A DNA stretch of 64,000 bases, taken from the NCBI GenBank assembly GCA_043228905.1, contig JBHGNT010000004.1:9610001-9674000 (forward strand). The letters run 5' to 3'. A program made the translations under genes and the position numbers. The stretch is from Azolla caroliniana. Taxonomy: Eukaryota; Plantae; Polypodiophyta. Numbering within the stretch: position 1 is the first letter of the stretch; the number at the start of each line of letters is the position of its first letter. The notes beneath the pieces were generated by a model. It worked only from the letters and a program-made list of their open reading frames with translations, was not told the origin of the DNA and did no database searches. This document shows, piece after piece, positions 24,701 to 35,093 of this stretch.

Positions 24701-25248
24701 GTTGCTGCTGCCTCCATCTTCTCTTCACTACCAATAGGTAATGGTACTGCAGCAGGTTTGACCTTTTTATCTATTGTTTTGTATTTTGTATTACATAAAC
24801 TTTCTACTTCTTCATATTTACAATTATACCTATCAATCTCATAATACATATCAATTGAGTTTACATGTATCTTTCTAACATTCTCATCATCTTCTTTCAA
24901 ATACATTTCTAACTCTTCTAAAGTATTTGCAAAAGAAATTTCTTCCATAACACTTTCAATCCGCTCTTCCATTTCAAGTACTCCATTATCCTTCAATGCC
25001 TGCTGAAACAGATTAGCATTCTTTTTCAAGTTCCTCTTGCATTCATACATCCTAGTCACACATATAGCACCACTTTCAGAAACATGAAATGACTTATTCA
25101 TATGTTGTAATGCCCTATATGAGGGTCTTTTAATAATGGGACTATTGCAACCCTCACTCGCAACAGTCCTAGTCAAAAACCTGATTATCAAAATCATCAC
25201 AATCTTTTGGTATTGAATGATCACGAAGCTCTTGCTTGTTCCTCTCAT
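21718..25248 (-). CDS. pol: Gypsy pol (RT-RNase H-integrase), uninterrupted
   Basis: 1176-aa ORF with DLYSGYDQ, LPQGATNS, FLDD, VDTS, the HHCC zinc finger, and IIADRG...NGKIE. Confidence 0.95.
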   Translation of the reverse strand: MRGTSKSFVIIQYQKIVMILIIRFLTRTVASEGCNSPIIKRPSYRALQHMNKSFHVSESGAICVTRMYECKRNLKKNANLFQQALKDNGVLEMEERIESVMEEISFANTLEELEMYLKEDDENVRKIHVNSIDMYYEIDRYNCKYEEVESLCNTKYKTIDKKVKPAAVPLPIGSEEKMEAAATEPMLRPIEKIGHHFTSETINNLRIGRGEFLLQSEIATFKEMIFRHGKVFAFKAEEIGCVNPKVVTPMVIFTIPHIPWNFKPIAVPRARLPQLLELLKDKVKMKILEPSNAPYSNRWFTVPKKDGSLRFIQDLQPVNKVTIRNAGIGPIVDEFAEAFAGRAIYSVGDLYSGYDQFQLAIDSRNITTMKTPIGLVRMCTLPQGATNSVAHMMNAMNKVLHEYIPKVTMPFLDDIPIKGCLEREKDETMVGNGCRKFVMDHINDCESILNKLEQVHLTLSGTKSCFGQNEVLIVGHMCGWYGRKPSPIKINAIQNMKEVCDSVTEVRRFLGACVFYHIWLPHFAHVSDPLYQLLRKGKKFIWTDEHTQVVQQLKEALLKAPVLRQPDYKGERPIIVTVDTSPIGIGWVINQEDEDQHRYAIRFGAKILNERQRNYAQVKRELWGLLTALKTDRDYLIGADVVVETDCLPLIGMIASCTTPDIAMLRWIAYIRTMNPELQHIKGNDNPVADMLSRARFINEKVMQTEYKNWATTSHQFAHQESITPHDEFNVSIMFKDTEYEGQWFEIGNFLKTQEANPSWSKKQLNEFRRRAFKFFLHEGHLWRRPKRPTENPLRVICKDDIKRKLINEFHDSLWAGHRGIWATFMKLKEKYWWPHMYKEVTKFVETCEVCQRYSTIRYRDELKPTYSSSMHYKWMVDLVTMPLGEGQMRYLVLAREDLTNQVEGRPLRQKTTRAVCKFLLEDVICRYGCVGKIIADRGELDSDEAREFFNRIGVKLSLTTAYNPEANGKIERGHSPIVKAIVKSCKGKIRDWPRMLPYALWADRTTHSSVTGYMPAELILGQKPIMPIEESIMSWISIPWREEVSREELLALRIQQLERRPEDIEIAAQRLKEARLKNKIRFDKSHRIRPKKIEEGDWVLVYDSSLDNQHSTVRKFAERWFGPYIVRKVYDNFTYKLSELDGTLILNVVAGKRIKVFKKRFELEPPPIDQHEDER

Positions 25249-27355
25249 GATTTGGGCGAACGGTCATAAATTGTACAGTTCGTCGTCCATCTTCGCTACG
25301 GATTTTCGCATAGGCAGAACCATTGTCGAGGACTTTGGTCTCCATTCGTACCGCTGTAATGTATGGTTGCCCCAGGATTATTGGATAGGTAGATCCTTCA
25401 TGCACAAAGAAATGTTGATCTACCTCTATATCACCAATAGTAACCTTTACATTTGGGCATGCACCAAATAAATCTTCCGTGACTGATGTGGCAGCTTTTA
25501 CTCGCCAACCATGTTGAGTATCAATTGGCCATCTACCTTTCCTGTAAAAATCAGCACTCATTATATTTATTTCAGAACCATGATCAGTAAGTGCCATTAC
25601 GGGGTCTGGAACATTTCCAATCTTCACATGAGTCTCAGTAGTGGCTCTTGCCCAACATTTGCAAGAGTAATGGCTTCTTATATCTGTTGAATTTATCATT
25701 GAGGTTGATGCATGTTGAGAGTCAACAACGATATTGTTTGACTCGTTGCTCACCACTTCATATGCCACCTTCGGATTTGTCTCTTTAACCTGCTCATTTA
25801 CTTGCTTCTTTCTTCGCACAATATCAATTATTTCATCATGAAATTCCTTTTTTGCAATACCTAACACTTCTCTTAGTGTAAATTCTACTCGACTGTCTAG
25901 TATTCTTGTTTCTAAAACTTTCTTTAAATCTGTATCCTTTTCAATATCAGACATTAATTTGAATGAAGGACCAGATTTACCTTTTTCAACTTTTGCGTCC
26001 ATCTCTTTTCTTTTGCTTTCTCTTGTTTCATGCTTTTTGGTTGAGCCAATCTCATCATCCGATCTTTTCCTTTTTTCTTCCACTATCACCTCATGCTCTT
26101 GGTGTTCTGCCATTTGAGCATAGACTGTCATAACATCTACTGGAACATCCCATCCAGTGTTTTTCCTCACAGAATCTCCGGCAACACGAAGGTCTTCCAT
26201 CTTCATCTTTTGCTTTTGTGCGGTACTTACAACCTTCTCCCAGAATGATGATCGGGATGGCATGTCATCGAGGCGCATTCCTGCCGTTGTCGAGTAATAC
26301 ATTGCGGAAGCCTTCTTTGCTTCAGCTTCTTCAAATTTAACCTTAACACCACCATCACCAAAGTTCTTTATAAGCGGAGTTCTAGTTTCAGTTAAGTAAA
26401 TGTTACCATTTTTCCAATAGACCAAGTCCCGATTCTCCATGTCTTTATATTCTTCACAATCACGTAGACGATGTTCGAAACTATCACACCACATGCATCG
26501 AGGTCGAAATGGTTCCCTTGACCTCGAAGTCTGACCATTCTCAAGCTTTGCCACTTTAATTGTTAGATCTTTCATACTTTGAACTAAATCATCAAGCAAA
26601 AACTCACTCTTAGTTCCCGTCATTTCTCGTGGTTGATGGACCATTTCGTGTGATGGTTCTCGACCAAGTCTTTGAACTTCAATGTTTTGCTCAAGCCGAT
26701 TTGTGTTTCCCACATGTGGTATTTGTAGCATTACACCATTCCTTTGCATTCTTTTCATAAATTTATTACAAGCATTTGTTACCTCATTCCAATCTGTCGT
26801 TATACCATCCTCAGTATTTGGTACTTCAAGCATGAATTCCAATTCTTTTCTATATCTCTTGTTAACTGCCTGCAAAAATAAAGCAACCTTTTGCCAAGAC
26901 AAAGAATTTCTTTCTTCTGGCTTTAAGTGTCCATACATCCTATCAAACTCTTTTTTTGTGTCAGCCACAGATAACCCTTTATCTTCTTTTAAGATCCATT
27001 CATGAAATGAACGTATAGTAACTCGAGAGAAATCCTCACGAGCATATTCAGACACAAGTGCTTCTTTGAATGCATTCCAATCCAAACTATGCAATGCTTG
27101 TATTTCATGAATTCTATCTCTTAATTCCATGTCCACTAATTTATAAAAGTTTGCTATCATATTGACATCATTTATACCAAACATTTCCATTTCATCATAA
27201 TATATATTCACATACTTCGAAATATTTGTGCCATCAAACATACCAATCTTCTCTCGGACTTCTCGTAAGGCATGAAATAATCGATCTTGATTCAACTTTT
27301 CAATAAACAACATTACCGGATCCATTGTACTCGTACTTGCCATGTTGATCTTCAC
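25169..27355 (-). CDS. gag: Gypsy gag-protease
   Basis: 728-aa ORF with a CMWCDSFEHRLRDC zinc knuckle and the aspartic protease motif LTDHGSEINIM. Confidence 0.93.
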   Translation of the reverse strand: MKINMASTSTMDPVMLFIEKLNQDRLFHALREVREKIGMFDGTNISKYVNIYYDEMEMFGINDVNMIANFYKLVDMELRDRIHEIQALHSLDWNAFKEALVSEYAREDFSRVTIRSFHEWILKEDKGLSVADTKKEFDRMYGHLKPEERNSLSWQKVALFLQAVNKRYRKELEFMLEVPNTEDGITTDWNEVTNACNKFMKRMQRNGVMLQIPHVGNTNRLEQNIEVQRLGREPSHEMVHQPREMTGTKSEFLLDDLVQSMKDLTIKVAKLENGQTSRSREPFRPRCMWCDSFEHRLRDCEEYKDMENRDLVYWKNGNIYLTETRTPLIKNFGDGGVKVKFEEAEAKKASAMYYSTTAGMRLDDMPSRSSFWEKVVSTAQKQKMKMEDLRVAGDSVRKNTGWDVPVDVMTVYAQMAEHQEHEVIVEEKRKRSDDEIGSTKKHETRESKRKEMDAKVEKGKSGPSFKLMSDIEKDTDLKKVLETRILDSRVEFTLREVLGIAKKEFHDEIIDIVRRKKQVNEQVKETNPKVAYEVVSNESNNIVVDSQHASTSMINSTDIRSHYSCKCWARATTETHVKIGNVPDPVMALTDHGSEINIMSADFYRKGRWPIDTQHGWRVKAATSVTEDLFGACPNVKVTIGDIEVDQHFFVHEGSTYPIILGQPYITAVRMETKVLDNGSAYAKIRSEDGRRTVQFMTVRPNHERNKQELRDHSIPKDCDDFDNQVFD

Positions 27356-27382
27356 TTTAGATGTCTCTTCTACTTCCCCGTT

Positions 27383-27399
27383 TCACGTTGGGTTCACCA
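27383..27399 (-). other. Primer-binding site complementary to tRNA-Trp
   Basis: TGGTGAACCCAACGTGA here, and TGGTGAACCCGACGTGA in element A near 35432-35448, match the plant tRNA-Trp 3' end (...UCACGUCGGGUUCACCA, from recalled sequence). Confidence 0.75.
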
Positions 27400-29170
27400 A
27401 ATTGTGTCGTGACGTGGCTCGCCTAGAAGCGTAGCGTTGCGTAGACAAAAGATATCGTGAAAGTGAGGAAGGAATCACTGGGATTATGGACGGAAGAGAT
27501 GAAAGAGTAGAGATAGATAAATAGTGATCAACAAGATATGACAAGATAGGATATAGAATGATATTTGAAGCAATAAAAGAGATTTATAATTATTTGATAA
27601 AAGAGTTACAAAATGATTGTGCACATCATTGAACCTCCGAACTTTGTCTTGCAAGGTAATCGCTCTTGTCTTTCTTGATCGTAGACCATTACAATCTTCA
27701 CTTCAATATTTTGATGAAGATAAGGCTCGAACCGCCTCCCTCTTGTTGAGAGTTGACCACCACGACCGCCAAGCTAGAGCTCCACGTTTATGTTAAACTT
27801 CTTCCCTTCTTTCTCTATTTTTATGGTATCTCTTATGAAATATATAATTTGATTGATATCTCATACATATCTCCCTTTGATCTTCTCTTTCACCATTTAA
27901 ATAGGTGCCCCCATGCATATGATGCATTGGAGGGTACAAGTCATGCATGTAGTGCATGAAATGCATGTGATGCATGATCGCCATTTGGCGTTCATGCATT
28001 ACATGTGATGCATGATAAACATCTCGCTCATTTGAGCTTTTATGTATGAAACAATATATGCAATAACAATAAACATGAAAATATAATCTTAAAGAGAAAG
28101 GGCCTAGCCTAATGGTAGGTGTGTCGACTTTGGTATATGAGGTTGTGGGTTCAAATCTCAAAATACTATTGAATACAACATACAACTTTATTCTTATATC
28201 ATGAAGCAAATCCATTATGTAATATAAAGTATATATAAAGTATGCTTTATTTTATGTATATTACTAGTATAGAGTAAATGGTAAGATTTGAGAGTCATAG
28301 GGTGGGGTTATTGGTTCAAGTCCTCTCTTATTCGTGTAATATAATATATTTATCTATATATATATATATTATTTTTCTTTACATATATATAATATTATCA
28401 TATGTGTTGTTAATATTATCAAATGTTATTTTAGTTACGTATTTATCTTATTGTAGACTTTTAATGTGAAGCTTTCGTACTTCACGACACCGGTCCCCAT
28501 ACGTCGAAATGGACTATGTTGAGTAGACCGTTGCTCACGTTCCGCTCGTTCGGGAATGGGTGTCGGTGTTGCTTGCCGAATTGGCACGCTTCGCATACAC
28601 CTTCAATCTCCTTCTCTTTGAATGTTGGGAGTCCGATGACGAATCCTTTCGATTTCATTGCTTTGAGCTTTAGGAGATTTATATGTCCAATCCACTTGTG
28701 CCATAACTCTATGTCAGAGTCAGCTTTCATGCCCTTTGCGAACATGGCCGATTCATCTCATGTGAGTCGAGAATGAACATTCGCCCCTCTCTTCGTCCGC
28801 GTGCGATGAGTCGGCCCTCTTATTCAATGAAGCAACAACCTTGATTAAATTGAACTTGCATCCCTTGCTCTACAATTTGGCCGATGGAGACCAAATTCTT
28901 CGTAATGGTCGGTACATGCAAAACATTTTTAATGTAATTTTGCTTACCTTCTTTTCCGAACGGAACATTGCCGATGTGCCAAATCGGGTGTGTACTGTCG
29001 TCTCCGGTTTCGACATAGCCGGGTCGGTCCAGCTCTCGAAGTTCTCGGAACCATTCTTGATGCAATGTCATATGGTTCGAGGCACCGGAATCGACGAACC
29101 ATACGTCTTCCGGACCGGAGGCACTAGTTGAGGTAGAGGCCGACATAGAGTTTGCTCTATGTTTCATCAT

Positions 29171-29308
29171 GAACATTCCGCCACGGTCGGAGTTGTGTGC
29201 ATACATTCCGCCACGATCTTCGTAGTTGGAGTTGTGCCCGTACATTCCGCCACGGTCGGAGTTGTGTGCATACATTCCGCCACGATCTTCGTAGTTGGAG
29301 TTGTGCAC
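29171..29308 (-). repeat. In-frame 69-bp tandem duplication in Copia 2 gag
   Basis: HNSNYEDRGGMYAHNSDRGGM(Y/F) x2. Confidence 0.85.
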
Positions 29309-32300
29309 GTAATTCATGAGTTGTCGGCTTGTGGAAGCCGATTCACGCATCTTCTTTTGCCACTCTTCTTCGTGGTGGCCAAGCTTTCCGCAATATCCAC
29401 ATTCGGCTGCGTTTTGACGGTTCGGGTCCGAGTGAAAGCTCCCCCTTCTTGCGAAGGTTCCTCGTTGGCTTCCGTTTTGCGGCCAAAATTGGGAGTTGTT
29501 ATCGTAGGTCGGACCTCGTCCACCTTGTCCTTGGCCGAATCGGCCTCTCGACCATCCGCGTCCTCTTCCTCCATTCGAGTGCGTGTAGAGCATGTGGCCT
29601 TCCGACTCATTGCTCCTTGTACGCACGTGGTTTTCTTCGACCAATAGCATTGATTGGAGCTCAAAGAAGGAGGGAGATTTCTCCCATGCTAGAACGGCGG
29701 TTCGCATTGCGCCGAACCGTGGTGCGAAGCCGCCGAGGCATATTTGAACCATCTCATCATCATCGATATTTACGGTTATTGAGCCGAGCCAATCGCAAAG
29801 CTCCTTGATCTTCGAGGTGTATGTCGTAATGGACATGTCCCTTTGTTGAATGTTGTTCAACTCTTGGCGGAGTTGAAGCTTCCTCGCGGTCGTGTTGGCG
29901 GCGAAAATCTTTCGTAGATTTTCCCATGCCTCCTTTGGCGTCTTGGCTTCGCGAATGTAGCCGAGCATGTGATCGTGAACACATGTCGCCAAGCAATCCA
30001 TCACGCGGCTTGCGGCTTGCTCCCATGTCACGTATCCAGGAGCCGCTTCCGCGGGTCGGTCTTCATGTGCTGCTTTGATGTAGCTTCAATAGCCTTGTCC
30101 GACAAGGTATTGGTGCATCTTGTACTCCCAAGATGCGAAGTTGTTTCGATCCAACTTCTCGGTATGGAGAGCACTCCCCATTTGAGTATTCATTATGTCG
30201 ATTCTTCTTCTTCTTCTTCTTCTCTCTTCGAATGCAAGCTATGTAGCGAAGCTACGATAGTGATGAGCCGGTTATTGGTCATCGGCGTGGAGCACAACAC
30301 ACGATCACGATGAGGTGAATGGGCTAGATCGAGCTACCAAATCGCTCTGATACCAATGTAAAGAATCGGATATGATTCTTGTGAAGCGGAAGAGATATGA
30401 GTTATGTGCGTGTATGAGAGAGAGAGACAAGGAATAAGACACAGAGAATACGCAAGGTAAAAGTATATTAACAAAGGAGAAGACTGAACCTCATACAAGG
30501 TGGGAGGAGGGTGCTTTATATAGTCACCCTCTCTCTTCATTAACTACAAGACTCGTGGAGCATGGGGAATGTGAAAGCTGATAAGTTATGTGTCATAGAA
30601 TATGATTCTATGACTCATACTAAATGCTAGAATACAAAATGGTGACTTAATGGTGACTCTTGACCGTTGGAGTGTCTATTCACTCTCAAGGTGAGTTCAC
30701 ACACTAGACCAAGTTGAGCTTCATTCTCAATAGGGATGTACTCATGTAGAACTTTGTTCATTGCATTCATCATATGAGCAACTGAATCTGTCGCACCTTG
30801 AGGTAGAGTGCACATTCAAACCAATCCAATTGCTGTTTTCATTGTTGTGATATTGCGACTATCAATTGCTAGCTGAAATTGGTCATATCTTGAATATAGG
30901 TCTCCCATAGAGTAAATAGCTCTCCCAGCAAAAGCTTCTAAAAATTCATCAACGATCAGTCCAATTCCTTCATTTGAGATTGTGACTTTGTTGATTGGTT
31001 GTAGATCTTGAATAAATCTTGGAGAGCCATCTTTCTTTGGAACAGTGAACCAACAGTTGGAATGTTGTGCGTTGGAAGGCTCTAAAATCTTTATCTTGAC
31101 TTAATCCTTTAGTAGCTCCAACAACTGAAGCAATCGAGCTCTCCGTATTGCAATAGGTTTAAAATTCCAAGGAATATGAGGGATAGTAAATATTACCATT
31201 GGCATCACCACGTTTGGATCTACACAACCAATCTCCTCATATTTGAATGCAAACGTTTTCGCATGCCTAAAGATCATTTCTTTGAAAGTCGAGATATCTG
31301 ATTGCAGAAGAAATTCATCCCCTCCAATTCTCAAGTTATTTATTGTCTCCGAAGTGAAGTGATGTCCGATCTTATGTATTAGTCGAAGCATAGGCTCGGT
31401 TGTTGCTGCCTTCATCTTCTCTTCGTTACCAATAGGTAATGGTACTGCAACAGGTTTGACCTTTTTATCTAATGTTTTGTATTTTTTATTACATAAACTT
31501 TCTACTTCTTCATATTTACAATTATACCTATCAATCTCGTATTACATATCAATTGAGTTTACATGTATCTTTTTAACACTCTCATCATCCTCTTTCAAAT
31601 ACATTTCTAACTCTTCTATAGTATTTGCAAAAGAAATTTCTTCCATAACACTTTGAATCTGCTCTTCCATTTCAAGTACTCCATTACCTTTCAATGCTTG
31701 TTGAAACAAATTAGCATTCTTTTTCAAGTTCCTCTTGTAGTCCTACATCCTAGTCACACATATAGCACCACTTTCAGAAACATGAAATGACTTATTCATA
31801 TGTTGTAATGCCCCACATCAAGGTCTTTTAATAATGGGACTATTGCAACCCTCATTTGCAACAGTCCTAGTCAAAAACCTAATTATTAAAATTGTCAGAG
31901 TCTTTCGGTATCGAATGATCACGAAGCTCTTGCTTGTTCCTCTCATGATTTGGGCGAAATGTCATAAACTATTCCGTTCGCCGTCCATCTTGGTTGCGGA
32001 TCTTTGCATAGGCAGAACCATTGTCGAGGACTTTGGTCTCCATCCGTACCATTGCGATGTATGGTTGCCCCAAGATTATTGGATAGGTAGATCCTTCTTG
32101 CACAAAGAAATGTTGATCTACCTCTATATCACCAATAATAACCTTTACATTTGGGCATGCACCAAATAAATCTTCACTGACTGATGTGGCTGCTTTTACT
32201 CACCAACCATGCTGAGTATACATTAGCCATCTACCTTTCTTGTAAAAATTAGCACTCATTATAATTATTTTAGAACCATGATCAATAAGTGCCATCACCG

Positions 32301-33728
32301 GGTCTGGAACATTTCCAATCTTCACATGATGCTAAGTAGTGGCTCTTGCGCAACATTTGTGAGAGTAGTGCCTTCTTGTATATGTTGAACTTATCATTGA
32401 GGTTGATGCATGTTGAGAGTCAACAATGATATTGTTCGACTCGTTGTTCACCATTTCATATCCACCCTTGGATTTGTCTCTTTAACCTGCTCATTTACTT
32501 GCTTCTGTCTTCGCACAAATATCAATTATTTCATTATGAAATTCCTTTTTTGCAATACCTAATACTTCTCTTAGTGTAAATTCTACTCGACTATCTAGTA
32601 TTCTTGTTTCTAAAATTTTCTTTAATCTGTATCCTTTTCAATATGAAACATTAATTTGAATGAAGGACCAGATTTACCTTTATCGGCTTTTGCGTCCATC
32701 TCTTTTTTCTTTTGCTTTCTCTTGTTTAATGCTTCTTTGTAAGGCCAATCTCATCATTCGGCTTTTCCTTTTTTCTTCCATTATCACTTCATAGTCTCGG
32801 TGTTTTGCCATCTGAGCATAGATTGTCATAGCATCTATCGGAACATCCCATCCAGTATTTTTCCTTACAAAATCTCTGGCAACACGAAGGTCTTCCATCT
32901 TCAGCTTTTGCTTTAGTGTGAAACTTATAACCTTCTCCCAAAGTGATGATCGACATGGCCTGTCATCAAGACACATTCCTGTTGTTGCCGAGTAGTACAT
33001 TGCAGAAGCCTTTTTTGCTTCAACTTCTTCAAACTTAACCTTAACACCACCATCACCAAAGTTCATTGTAAGTGGACTTCTATTTTCAGTTAAGAAAATG
33101 TTACCATTTTTCCAATTGACCAAGTCTCGATTTTCGATGTCTTTATCTTCCGCACAATCACGGAATCAAAGTTCGAGACCATCACACCACATGCATCGAG
33201 GTCTAAATGGTTCCCTTGACCTTGAAGTCTAACCATTCTCAAGCTTTGCCACTTTAATTGTTTAATCTTTCATACTTTGTACTAAATCATCAAGCAAAGA
33301 CTCACTCTTAGTTTCAATCATTTCTCGTGGTTGATGGACCATTTTGTGTGATGGTTTTCGACCAAGTCTTTGAACTTCAATGTTTTGCTCAAGTCGATTT
33401 GTGATTCCCACATGTCGTATTTGTAGCATTGCACCATTCCTTTGCATTCTTTTCATAAATTTATTAAAAGCATTTGTTACCCCATTCCAATTTGCAGTTA
33501 TACCATCCTCGGTATTTGGTACTTCAAGCATAAATTCCAATTCTTTTCTATATCTCTTGTCAACTGCCTACAAAAATAAAGCCATATTTTACCAAGACAA
33601 AGAATTTCTTTCTTTTGGCTTTAATTGTCCATACAATCTATCAAACTCTTTTTTCATGTCAACTACAGATAATGCTTTATTTTCTTTTATGTCAACTACA
33701 GATAGTAACGCGAGAGAAATCTTCACGG

Positions 33729-35093
33729 TGTCGTGAAGATTTTCGGCTATGGTGTGAAAATTACATAAGACGTACGAAATCAAGTGTCAATCATATAAAA
33801 CAATAATAGTGAATATACTGATTCTAAGTAAGTTTAATATCTTAGTACAAAAGACGAAGATCTTGAAGAGATGCACTTTACTACATAAGAAACAGACATC
33901 TAAGTGACAAGTTATGTGGTAGTGAAGTATGAGAAGGAAGAAGAGAAAAATAAAACTGTGAGATATCCCACAACTAAGCTATTGGATGAATGGGTGTGGC
34001 CTAGCTACTTGCAAAGGTTTTGCCCAACCAAAACCGGACCAACAACGTAACCGGGACCCGGTGACCGAACGGTAACCAACATCCGGCAATGGAACCGGCA
34101 TCCAACGACCAAATGGTAACCGGTATCCGGCATCTAGCAACGGAACCGGGATCCGGCGACCGACGGTAACTGGAGGCATCCGGCAATCGATGATAACCGG
34201 CGGCAACCGGCATCCGACAACCGGATAGATATATAAATAAATATATATATATATGTATACACAAAGAGTGCAAGTGTGGATTCGAACCTTGCACCTCCTA
34301 GTTAAGAGTTAATAGGCTTACCACTAAGCCATAACATTTAGTTGAATTTTTATTTCTATCATTGTACTTTTACATGTAAATTCTCATACATGAGAGCTAA
34401 AATGAGTGACATGGTTATCATGCACCACATGTAATACATGAGCACCAAATGGCAAACATGCATTTTATGCATGTCTTGTACCCTCACATGCATCATATGC
34501 ATGAGAGCATCTATAAAAGAGGGGGATGAAAAAGAAGAATGGTTAGGCTCTTTTGGTTATGAAATTAAGAAGAAGAAAATTCGTTATCGAATTGATTGTG
34601 TAACTTGTTTCTGAAATCTAAAGTCAAGAGTTCTTAATCTCTCTCTCAATCTAAAATCAAGCGTTCTATCTTTTCTCAATCTCTCTCTCTTTCAATCTAT
34701 CTTAATTCCTTTCTCGCTAAAGCTTGTGCCAACGTCGAATCCTTCCGGTCCAGAACCCCGACGGTTCTGCCTCACGATCCGCGTGTAGTGACGGATCTTC
34801 ACGACATAATTAAGTGGTGAACCTGACGTGAAAGAGACGGTAGGAAGGATCAAACCGAGATTAATACTTGGAGATGGCGTCCTCAAGGAACCAAGCAGGA
34901 GAGCTTGAAAGGATGATGGTAATCGTCGAAGAGTTCTTAATCTCTCTCTCAATCTAAAATCAAGAGTTCTATCTTTTCTCAATCTATCTTAATTCCTTTC
35001 TCGCTAAAGCTTGTGCCAATGTTGAATCCTTCCGGTTCAGAACCCCGGCGGTTCCGCCTCACGATCCGTGCGTAGTGACGGATCTTCATGACA
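33729..35093 (+). mobile_element. Gypsy element D reduced to 5' LTR + PBS + end of the 3' LTR
   Basis: LTR 33729-34806 (TGTCGTGAAGAT...ATCTTCACGACA) and a Trp-type PBS at 34815-34831. After ~120 bp of internal sequence it jumps into a second copy of the LTR 3' end. The diverged 4-bp TSD is ACGG/ACAA. Confidence 0.85.
34270..34335 (-). promoter_or_regulatory. tRNA-like A-box/B-box cassette in the LTR of D
   Basis: The minus strand reads TGGCTTAGTGGTAA ... GGTTCGAATCC, close to the Pol III type-2 consensus. Confidence 0.65.

Larger units (their letters stand above)
20593..28489 (-). mobile_element. Intact young Ty3/Gypsy element B (7.9 kb)
   Basis: The 1085-bp LTRs at 20593-21677 and 27405-28489 look identical, and the ORF-track translations match at offset 6812. 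The TSD is CCGG, and removing the element restores the Copia DVWGPAQT sequence. PPT and PBS are present. Confidence 0.97.
18154..30732 (-). mobile_element. Ty1/Copia element 2, degenerate, interrupted by Gypsy B
   Basis: LTRs at 18154-18522 and 30357-30732, TSD GGGAT, iMet PBS at 30344-30355. gag-PR at 28820..30031 (WFVDSGASNHM) and RT/RH at 18752..20065. Confidence 0.92.

Noticed and set aside
34270-34335. Functional tRNA genes in LTRs
   Set aside because: A and B boxes are present, but I could not fold convincing acceptor and anticodon stems. They are reported as tRNA-like cassettes instead.
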